Program-made: the position numbers and the translations under genes
Shown: piece after piece, positions 57,701 through 64,000 of the stretch
Layout of the letters: every line of letters begins with the position of its first letter
Position numbering within the stretch: position 1 is the stretch's first letter
Source: an uncultured Bdellovibrionales bacterium
GTDB taxonomy: Bacteria > Patescibacteriota > Minisyncoccia > Moranbacterales > UBA1568
Direction of reading: 5' to 3'
DNA: 64,000 nt
Assembly (NCBI GenBank): GCA_964594215.1
Contig: CAZQLN010000005.1
Location: 2,475-66,474, forward strand
The notes under the pieces: generated by a model
Seen by the model: only the letters and a program-made list of their open reading frames with translations
The model's database searches: none
Told to the model about the DNA's origin: nothing

Positions 57701-57871
57701 CTACCTTTGTTTGTAGCCGTTACGCTGACCTTTTCTGTAAGACTCATTGTCAGACATCATCTGACGCTCCTTCTTACCAGACGAGAAAAAGACTTCTGAT
57801 CGACTATGGGGAGCATCATAGATGTTCTTACCACCATCTCTTTGGCCCTTCTCATAATAACGCTTACTCAT
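57701..57871 (-). CDS. hypothetical small basic protein with repeated KGQR(D/N)G motif
   Basis: MSKRYYEKGQRDGGKN...YRKGQRNGYKQR. ORF only. Confidence 0.25.
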   Translation of the reverse strand: MSKRYYEKGQRDGGKNIYDAPHSRSEVFFSSGKKERQMMSDNESYRKGQRNGYKQR

Positions 57872-57966
57872 AACTACCGCCTTTCTGTCAGGACTTTCAT
57901 ACCATAATGATAATGGTATCTCCAATAATCACTGACACCCGTAATCTAGCAAATCTATATATATTG

Positions 57967-58311
57967 TCAACGAAAACGTGTATAAGATAGTAGATAATCA
58001 CTAATTAAAGCCAAGATAGACCAGTAGATAAGAAGATAAATACCAATAAATGGTGGTGGTGGATCTTCTTGCAAAAAATGAATCTGCGGTAGAGCTATGG
58101 GTCCTATCAAAATAATCTTGATAGGTAGTAGTATTGTGGACAGAGTACTCTTCCAGACTATAGGCGAGTCACTACCAGTTCTGAGGACAGAGTCGGGAGA
58201 TTTAGGGAAGCCTCGAAGACCTGTTGATCCCAAAAGTGAGGTGGTGATAAAAAGAAAGGTAAATCCAAAAACAATGAAGAGGCTAAGGAATTTCATTCTT
58301 GAAACATTCAT
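57967..58311 (-). CDS. hypothetical membrane protein
   Basis: ORF with 3 predicted transmembrane helices. Confidence 0.3.
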   Translation of the reverse strand: MNVSRMKFLSLFIVFGFTFLFITTSLLGSTGLRGFPKSPDSVLRTGSDSPIVWKSTLSTILLPIKIILIGPIALPQIHFLQEDPPPPFIGIYLLIYWSILALISDYLLSYTRFR

Positions 58312-58476
58312 AAAATCAGTATATCAAGTTTGAACTTTGTACAACACACTCTGCCCAATTTAGAAAACAGCGTTCGAGGTTGCTTATCTTATATCGAAAC
58401 CCCTAGATACGCTTCTATATGTTTTCCTGACACAGGAAGATTTGATATAATGACACTACACATAAGATACATAGGT

Positions 58477-58953
58477 ATGACCCCAAAGAATACAATTTGC
58501 CTCTGGTTCGAAAAGGATGCAGAGGCCGCAGCTAACTTTTACGCTGCCACTTTCCCAGAAAGCTCTGTAACAGCTATTTTTCACGCACCGAGCGATTTTC
58601 CAGACGGTAAGCAAGGTGACGTGCTTACAGTATTGTTTACTGTCTGTGGAATTCCTTGTATCGGTCTGAATGGCGGTCCTGTATTTAAGCAAAGTGAAGC
58701 ATTTTCCTTTCAGATTGCGACTGAGGACCAAGAAGAAACGGATCGTTATTGGGATGCAATCGTCGGAAATGGCGGTGAGGAAAGTGAGTGCGGTTGGTGC
58801 AAAGACCGCTGGGGAGTATCATGGCAAATCACACCTCGCACACTAACAGAAGCCCTTGCAACCGGAGGCGCTGAAGCAAAGCGCGCTTTTGACGCTATGA
58901 TGACCATGAAAAAAATTGATGTCGCCGCTATTGATGCGGCGCGGCGCGGCTAA
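58477..58953 (+). CDS. VOC-superfamily protein (PhnB / 3-demethylubiquinone-9 3-methyltransferase-domain family)
   Basis: ICLWFEKDAEAAANFYAATFP...VLTVLFTVCG...WCKDRWGVSWQI matches the PhnB-like family. Local GC is higher than the surroundings. Start set at MTPKNT. Confidence 0.7.
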   Translation: MTPKNTICLWFEKDAEAAANFYAATFPESSVTAIFHAPSDFPDGKQGDVLTVLFTVCGIPCIGLNGGPVFKQSEAFSFQIATEDQEETDRYWDAIVGNGGEESECGWCKDRWGVSWQITPRTLTEALATGGAEAKRAFDAMMTMKKIDVAAIDAARRG

Positions 58954-58986
58954 GACCACCCACCAACTCAAGCTTTATCAGAATCT

Positions 58987-59017
58987 AAAAAAGAGGCCTC
59001 TATAGAGGCCTCTTTTT
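58987..59017. terminator. bidirectional intrinsic terminator
   Basis: AAAAAAGAGGCCTCtataGAGGCCTCTTTTT between convergent VOC (+) and DUF1428 (-) genes. Confidence 0.75.
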
Positions 59018-59080
59018 CAATGTTCCGCTTATTGAAAAAGGCTAGAATACTCTAACATCTTACGTACACCCTTATCACTC

Positions 59081-59455
59081 TTACATACCTACCTCTACAG
59101 TAAAACCTGCAGACGTAAAGCGCTTCATATCAAAAGGCATCTTCATATCTTTATCGCTGTATTTTTTTCCAAAATAATCCATCACTTTTTTATTCACTTC
59201 GTCTCGATGTTTTTTAGACTTATAGGTAATGAAGGAAAACCAGACCGTTTCTCCCGGCTTTGCCTGAATCATTTTTGGAAAAGTTAAACTTACAAATTCA
59301 TTTGGCTTTTCAACATCTAAGACGCACTCTTTGTAATCCAGGGCGCCAAATTTTTTCCAAGCAGCCCTGCCTTCTTTAGCCATTTTTATATAGGCCTGCT
59401 TGTTCTTCTTAGGAATAGCAATGACAAAACCATCAACATAGTTTCCTTTAGGCAT
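59081..59455 (-). CDS. DUF1428-family protein
   Basis: MPKGNYVDGFVIAIPKKNKQAYIKMA... matches the DUF1428 N-terminus. Confidence 0.7.
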   Translation of the reverse strand: MPKGNYVDGFVIAIPKKNKQAYIKMAKEGRAAWKKFGALDYKECVLDVEKPNEFVSLTFPKMIQAKPGETVWFSFITYKSKKHRDEVNKKVMDYFGKKYSDKDMKMPFDMKRFTSAGFTVEVGM

Positions 59456-59540
59456 ACATTTATAGGTTTAATAATTACACAACTATTATAGCATTCCTAA
59501 AATCAAAAACACCTCCACTAAGAAGGTGTTTTTAGTTTAT

Positions 59541-59732
59541 GCTCCCGAATTAAAACCTTCGCAAACTTTTGAAATCATTTTGCCAAATCTGATACACAAA
59601 TCCAAAAAGCGAAATCTGACATAACCGCCTCGCTTCGCTCGGCGGAACGCTCGGGCGTGGCGGAATTCCTCCCCCCAACCCCCTCCTTCCGCCACGCCCT
59701 CGCTTGGGCTTCGCAAAAATTTTTCGGCGGCT
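59541..59732. repeat. 192-bp GC-rich inverted repeat A, copy 1 (contains 13-bp stem hairpin GGGCGTGGCGGAA/TTCCGCCACGCCC)
   Basis: Perfect reverse-complement match to 62303-62494. GC-rich in an AT-rich context. Abuts the stop codon of the SGNH hydrolase gene. Confidence 0.9.
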
Positions 59733-60322
59733 TATAATACTGATTCAATTTCGGACTTTATCTTTTCAAAAATCTTAAAATGTCCTTGTGTGTTTGGATG
59801 AAGTCCGTCAATAAGATCGTCGTTTCCAGTGACGCTTTCCATTGGGATAAATTTCAGCTTTTCTTTCTCGCAAAACTTCTTTATGGCACTATCAAGTCGT
59901 TTGATGTTTTCGTTGAAATAAGACTTATCGGGTTTCCACGGGCAAGGAGTAGTTTTTGATTCGTCTACTTTTGTTAAGCCAACGAATACAACCTTATCTG
60001 TAAATTTTCTGGCAATAGAGAGAAGTTTTGCGAGATTTTGCTGAAATTCATCAAGCGAAACGCGCAAGCCATTTGTAGAGTGAATAAATTGAGCGTCATT
60101 GATTCCAATAGCAAAAATTATCAAATTTGGCTCGCGCGATTTCGCTTCCACCTCAATTCGTTCGAGCAAGTCGGCTGTGATGTCTCCGGAAACTCCAAGA
60201 TTGTAAACGTCAATATCATTATCTTGTTTTTCAAAATAATTTCGCAAGCGCGTTGCCCAGCCGCCTTGCTCTGGATCGTATGCGCCCCAAGTTATACTGT
60301 CGCCAAAAATTAAGATATTCAT
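59732..60322 (-). CDS. SGNH/GDSL-family hydrolase (cytoplasmic)
   Basis: MNILIFGDSITWG (GDS block I), GINDA (block III), DGLHPN (block V with catalytic His/Asp). Confidence 0.8.
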   Translation of the reverse strand: MNILIFGDSITWGAYDPEQGGWATRLRNYFEKQDNDIDVYNLGVSGDITADLLERIEVEAKSREPNLIIFAIGINDAQFIHSTNGLRVSLDEFQQNLAKLLSIARKFTDKVVFVGLTKVDESKTTPCPWKPDKSYFNENIKRLDSAIKKFCEKEKLKFIPMESVTGNDDLIDGLHPNTQGHFKIFEKIKSEIESVL

Positions 60323-60325
60323 AAT

Positions 60326-60943
60326 TTATTTTATCTTTCCCCTTAAATAATCAGCTATTGTATCAATATATTTAGAAACTTCAGTAGAAAAAGCATCTTG
60401 TTCAGTTTCAGAACTTTGATCATAGATAATGTCATGTATAGCCATTAAATCTTTTGTGCGCATTTCTGGCGCGCTAAAATTTTGATTCAGATTGATATTT
60501 AACTCACGAACTTTTTTGTTTAAAGGTTTTGTTAAGTCTACAATTTCATGCCCCCATAGTGCTTCTGCTGTAAGCAAGTATGATTCTGCTTCGGTATATG
60601 CATCAGTAATTTTTTGCCAACGCATTTCGTAAACATAAGCATGTTCGTTTTTCTTCACTTCCTCGTCAGACTTTTCTGGATTTCTTTCTTTAATGAATTT
60701 TACTGCTCGTTGGCTTTCAGATGGCCAAATAGCTGGATTGCGAACATGCTTTATTGCCTCTCGTAATTTGAGCATTGCAAAGTGTAAATTATGAGCCGCT
60801 TCAAACTCTTTCGACCCCTTAATTTGTTTTTTCCAAGTAGCCAAACCAAACCCAGCAATTATCAAGCCCGCAAGCGTAAATAAAGCCGTGAGTACATCTT
60901 TCGTTATTAAATACCAATCTTGATTTGTTAAAGTAATTTCCAT
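60326..60943 (-). CDS. hypothetical membrane-anchored helical protein (island cargo)
   Basis: N-terminal transmembrane helix, then helical soluble domain. No known motif. Confidence 0.45.
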   Translation of the reverse strand: MEITLTNQDWYLITKDVLTALFTLAGLIIAGFGLATWKKQIKGSKEFEAAHNLHFAMLKLREAIKHVRNPAIWPSESQRAVKFIKERNPEKSDEEVKKNEHAYVYEMRWQKITDAYTEAESYLLTAEALWGHEIVDLTKPLNKKVRELNINLNQNFSAPEMRTKDLMAIHDIIYDQSSETEQDAFSTEVSKYIDTIADYLRGKIK

Positions 60944-60950
60944 TTTTGAA

Positions 60951-61331
60951 TTATTTTAATAAATCATCCATTGATTTACCTTTTTCTTTTAGCGTTTCTT
61001 CAAGCTGCTTTCCAGCGGCTTCTATTTCCTCGTCATTAGCTTTTCTTACAACTTTTTCTATACCAAAGAGTTTGATAAAAATTTTGTCAAAAATATATGT
61101 GATTACAAACCAAGTAATTATTCCGTAGACAAATGAAAGAAAAAAGTTTATTTCAAAAAATTTCCAATATACAAAGATACTTACAATGGCAACTAAGAAA
61201 TAAATTATTGTAGTCGCTTTACCTACGGACGATTTATTAAAAAGTTCGCGTGTCGTTCGCTTCAACTCCATTTCACGAAGCATTTTTGCTTCTGGAAATT
61301 TTTTATCAAATTTTTCTTTCATTGATTCCAT
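60951..61331 (-). CDS. hypothetical 2-transmembrane protein (island cargo)
   Basis: Charged helical N-terminus, two adjacent transmembrane helices, charged coiled C-terminus. This is an architecture similar to 2-transmembrane effector modules, from pattern only. Confidence 0.45.
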   Translation of the reverse strand: MESMKEKFDKKFPEAKMLREMELKRTTRELFNKSSVGKATTIIYFLVAIVSIFVYWKFFEINFFLSFVYGIITWFVITYIFDKIFIKLFGIEKVVRKANDEEIEAAGKQLEETLKEKGKSMDDLLK

Positions 61332-61336
61332 AATTT

Positions 61337-61999
61337 TTAGAGCCCAAGATCGCTCATTTTTTTATCAATAATAGCCGACCCTTTCGATTCCCGCGGAAAC
61401 GAACCGTCTGCGTTAAAGAAAGTAACTTCTTTGGTTGGATGATTTGCTTTTTTAGGAAACAATGAAGCAATTTTCTCAATATTTGTGAATGGTTCGGTTT
61501 CTATCTCTTTTCCTTCGAGTTCAGCGGTGTGAGCATCTGTCGAAGATAACGACTTTGTGTTTGGTTTTTTCTTTAAAAGATCTCCTACTTCTGTAGCGGC
61601 AATTTGCCAATAAGTACAAAGTGCTATTTCGTGTTCAGCCGTTGTTCCTTCGTGATATTTTTCAAGGTGTTCCAATAATTCTTTAGAGCAATCCCATAGA
61701 TTGTCATATTTCAAGGAACCTTCCGAGTAATCAATCTTCGTTGATTCGCCCAACATAAGATAGAACATCAGTTTTAAAAGGTGTCCAGGATTCTTGGCAT
61801 GCAAGGCAAAAACTTCAAGCCAGTTTCCCTCAAGTTTTCCATATAAGTGAGGGTAATCCTTGCATTCCTCTTTTTTCTTTGCTTCCCATTCAGCATCAAA
61901 TTTATCAGAAGCTTCTTGATCTATTACATTTTGCTTTTGGCGGTAAATTTTATAAAGAATGAAAGCGATTATTATAAGAATGATGTAAAGAAAAGTCAT
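61337..61999 (-). CDS. hypothetical N-terminally anchored protein (island cargo)
   Basis: One transmembrane helix, then a 190-aa soluble domain with several Cys/His. No known motif. Confidence 0.45.
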   Translation of the reverse strand: MTFLYIILIIIAFILYKIYRQKQNVIDQEASDKFDAEWEAKKKEECKDYPHLYGKLEGNWLEVFALHAKNPGHLLKLMFYLMLGESTKIDYSEGSLKYDNLWDCSKELLEHLEKYHEGTTAEHEIALCTYWQIAATEVGDLLKKKPNTKSLSSTDAHTAELEGKEIETEPFTNIEKIASLFPKKANHPTKEVTFFNADGSFPRESKGSAIIDKKMSDLGL

Positions 62000-62012
62000 A
62001 TTTTTATAAAAA

Positions 62013-62210
62013 TTATTTTAATAATTCCTCTATAGAAACGCCTAACGACTTGGCAATTTTTTGGATTGTCTGAACGCTTGGTTTGGTAACGACACCACCC
62101 TCAATTTTGGTAAAGGTAGAGTATTTTATATTGGCTTTTTTCGCCAAGTCATCCTGCGTCAATCCTTGTTTTGTTCGTATTCGTTTTATATTTTGTGATA
62201 TTGTTGCCAT
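62013..62210 (-). CDS. XRE-family HTH transcriptional regulator (first gene of the island operon)
   Basis: MATISQNIKRIRTKQGLTQDDLAKKANIKYSTFTKIEGG...IQKIAKSLGVSIEELL is a Cro/CI HTH. Start set at the ATG at 62210. Confidence 0.75.
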   Translation of the reverse strand: MATISQNIKRIRTKQGLTQDDLAKKANIKYSTFTKIEGGVVTKPSVQTIQKIAKSLGVSIEELLK

Positions 62211-62302
62211 AGTATCCAAAGTTTGATAGTATAGAGTTATGAGACAATTCTTTCTTTGCTCACAAATTAAGGATAGCACTATTTTGGGATTTTTTCAATT
62301 CG

Positions 62303-62494
62303 TAGCCGCCGAAAAATTTTTGCGAAGCCCAAGCGAGGGCGTGGCGGAAGGAGGGGGTTGGGGGGAGGAATTCCGCCACGCCCGAGCGTTCCGCCGAGCG
62401 AAGCGAGGCGGTTATGTCAGATTTCGCTTTTTGGATTTGTGTATCAGATTTGGCAAAATGATTTCAAAAGTTTGCGAAGGTTTTAATTCGGGAG
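62303..62494. repeat. 192-bp inverted repeat A, copy 2
   Basis: Exact reverse complement of 59541-59732. Confidence 0.9.
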
Positions 62495-62556
62495 CCATAA
62501 AATTAGATACGAACTCATTTTTTGAAGATGAGAGTGTTCGCTCGCCCAGCCCCGCC

Positions 62557-62641
62557 ATAAGCGGGGCTGGGCTTCGCTCCGCGAGGGCAACGCCCTCGCT
62601 TTGGCGGGAAATCAAGCGGATTTTAATGCTTTCGGGGGAAT
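62557..62641. repeat. GC-rich inverted repeat B, copy 1 (two hairpins, CCCAGCCCCGC-cataa-GCGGGGCTGGG and CGAGGGC-aac-GCCCTCG)
   Basis: Reverse-complement match (1 mismatch in about 85 bp) to 63917-64000. Shares a CGCCCTCGCTT(G/T)GGC core with repeat A, in the same orientation as A copy 1. Confidence 0.8.
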
Positions 62642-62678
62642 TCAATTTTTTCTTTTTAACAATTAACAATGCAAAACT

Positions 62679-64000
62679 ATGAATATGAAAAATTGCGCCA
62701 TTTATACAAGAGTTTCAACTGATAACCAAGCAGAAAAAGAATTTTCATCTTGTGAAGCGCAAGAACAGAAAATCCGGTCGTTTATCGCTAGTCAAAATGA
62801 TTGGTTAGTTTTCAAAGTTTATAACGACGCGGGATTTTCGGGCGCAATTTTACAACGCCCCGCTTTGCAGGATTTACTTGCCGATTTGAAAAAAGAAAAA
62901 ATTGATGTGGTTTTGGTCTACAAAATTGATCGGCTCACTCGTTCGCCGAAGGATTTTTACCAACTGATTGAATTTTTTGAGCAAGCAAAAATTGATTTTA
63001 TTTCCATTACGGAAAGATTTGACACCTCAACGCCCGCCGGCCGTTTGCTTCGCAATATCATGCTTACTTTTTCACAATTTGAGCGAGAACTAACAAGCGA
63101 AAGGACAAAAGATAAAATGTTGGAACGCGCAAAAAAGGGGCTTGCAAACGGCGGGCTAACACCTTACGGCTATATGCGCCAAGATAAGAAACTTATCCCA
63201 CACCCGAAGGAATCGGAGGAAATAAAATCAATTTTTGAAACTTATATTGAAACTGGCTCAACCGCTAAAACCTATCAAATGTTGAAAGATAAAGGAGTCA
63301 AAAATAAGTTAGGCAAAAATTTCTCCAAAACAAATATCAGCCATATTTTGCGAAATGTTATCTACATAGGCAAGGTTTTGCACAACGGCGAAATTTATCA
63401 GGGAATCCATGAGCCGATAATTTCGGAAGAAATTTTTGCCCTTGCTCAAAAAATCCATAAGGAAAAGCAGAAAAATTTTAGAGTGTACAAAAATTTTCTT
63501 TTTGGCGGACTTATAAAATGTGAAGAGTGCGGTTCAAATATGACTTCTTGTTTTACCAATAAATATATTGGTGGAAAATTAAACCGCTATTATTACTATC
63601 GTTGCACCGCCACGATGAAGCAAGATTGGCAGGCGTGTTCGGTAAAACAAGTGTCCGCCGAACGAATAGAAAATTTTTGTTTGGAAAATTTAGAGCGAAT
63701 TTCTGTTGATAAAAACTATATTGAAAATCTTGTTTTTCGTTTGAATAATGACGAACAAGCAGGGCACCGCGCTGGATACGAACTAACAGACCGATGCTCT
63801 AAATTTTCCGCCGAAAACCTTTCGGACACTCTAAAATTTTTCCTCAATGGACTCAAAACCACCAAAGGAATTGAAAGAAATCTTTTTGCCAAAAAGTTTC
63901 TTTCAAACATTTTTTATTCCCCCGAAAGCATTAAAATCCGCTTCATTTCCCGCCAAAGCGAGGGCGTTGCCCTCGCGGAGCGAAGCCCAGCCCCGCTTAT
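62679..64000 (+). CDS. large serine recombinase (resolvase-type catalytic domain, recombinase domain, zinc ribbon), 3' end beyond the window
   Basis: Manual translation from ATG at 62679: MNMKNCAIYTRVSTDNQ (catalytic Ser), DAGFSG, VYKIDRLTRS, FERELTSERTK, GGLTPYGY, zinc ribbon CEECG...YYYRC. There is no stop before 64000, which is why it is absent from the ORF track. Confidence 0.9.
   Translation, partial: MNMKNCAIYTRVSTDNQAEKEFSSCEAQEQKIRSFIASQNDWLVFKVYNDAGFSGAILQRPALQDLLADLKKEKIDVVLVYKIDRLTRSPKDFYQLIEFFEQAKIDFISITERFDTSTPAGRLLRNIMLTFSQFERELTSERTKDKMLERAKKGLANGGLTPYGYMRQDKKLIPHPKESEEIKSIFETYIETGSTAKTYQMLKDKGVKNKLGKNFSKTNISHILRNVIYIGKVLHNGEIYQGIHEPIISEEIFALAQKIHKEKQKNFRVYKNFLFGGLIKCEECGSNMTSCFTNKYIGGKLNRYYYYRCTATMKQDWQACSVKQVSAERIENFCLENLERISVDKNYIENLVFRLNNDEQAGHRAGYELTDRCSKFSAENLSDTLKFFLNGLKTTKGIERNLFAKKFLSNIFYSPESIKIRFISRQSEGVALAERSPAPL
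63917..64000. repeat. inverted repeat B, copy 2 (inside the 3' region of the recombinase gene; continues past the window)
   Basis: Reverse complement of 62557-62641. Encodes recombinase residues ...IKIRFISRQSEGVALAERSPAPL. Confidence 0.8.

Larger units (their letters stand above)
59541..64000. mobile_element. putative mobile or invertible module: inverted-repeat-bracketed cargo operon plus large serine recombinase (extends past the window end)
   Basis: Two nested or adjacent inverted-repeat pairs sharing a core motif. AT-rich cargo. Partial large serine recombinase gene at the edge. Confidence 0.45.

Noticed and set aside
62239-62682. 147-aa plus ORF and 85-aa minus ORF (62412..62669) spanning the GC-rich repeats
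   Set aside because: These are low-complexity translations (Arg/Gly/Ala-rich) of hairpin-rich repeat DNA with no start context. The minus ORF is noted only because it mirrors the recombinase C-terminal peptide.
1-64000. CRISPR arrays / rRNA genes
   Set aside because: No short regularly spaced direct repeats and no rRNA-like conserved stretches were seen. The only long repeats are the intragenic adhesin duplication and the recombinase-associated inverted repeats.
1-64000. Stop-codon reassignment (CPR-style UGA recoding)
   Set aside because: Long ORFs are uninterrupted. Gene ends coincide with canonical stops (TAG/TAA seen) followed by intrinsic terminators. The one anomaly (adhesin read-through) is a missing stop, not an in-frame UGA.

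Overview
This 64-kb window comes from a low-GC bacterium with a Gram-positive-type envelope toolkit (sortase/LPXTG, class A PBP, GT-C glycosyltransferases, many T-tailed intrinsic terminators). It may be a small-genome CPR/Patescibacteria-like or Firmicute-like organism, but I cannot confirm that from the sequence. Most genes are on the minus strand.

Main content, in order:
- korAB 2-oxoacid:ferredoxin oxidoreductase.
- xseAB, where xseA carries an N-terminal HRDC domain.
- A DsbA-like thiol-disulfide oxidoreductase next to a ferric-reductase-like membrane protein.
- A MacB/FtsX-type ABC exporter.
- A PilX-like pseudopilin.
- A TPCP-motif P1B-type ATPase.
- An HtrA-like protease.
- An RND efflux pair (membrane fusion protein plus permease).
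- A cyclophilin lipoprotein.
- A DipZ-like CcdA-thioredoxin protein followed by two methionine-rich thioredoxin paralogs.
- A ~12-kb surface-glycan cluster: GH5-like hydrolase, two tandem GT-C transferases, an APH-like kinase, a CE4 deacetylase, a GT2, and a 1567-aa fusion of GT2, processive GT2, flippase-like transmembrane domain and GT4.
- PBP1A.
- A sortase operon whose 1989-aa LPXTG adhesin reads in-frame, with no stop, into a second signal-peptide protein.
- CAP, GH73-like, RluB, SET-domain, AOX-like, SpoIID/LytB, DUF305, ABC-F, LssY-like, GT2-YdjC, amidase_2, D-2-hydroxyacid dehydrogenase, SRPBCC, SWIB, VOC and DUF1428 proteins.

The 3' end (about 59.5 to beyond 64 kb) looks like a mobile or invertible module. 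A perfect 192-bp GC-rich inverted-repeat pair brackets a 2.6-kb AT-rich five-gene operon of unknown function. Next to it, a partial large serine recombinase is itself bracketed by a second, related inverted-repeat pair that encodes the recombinase C-terminal residues. No rRNA, tRNA or CRISPR features were found.
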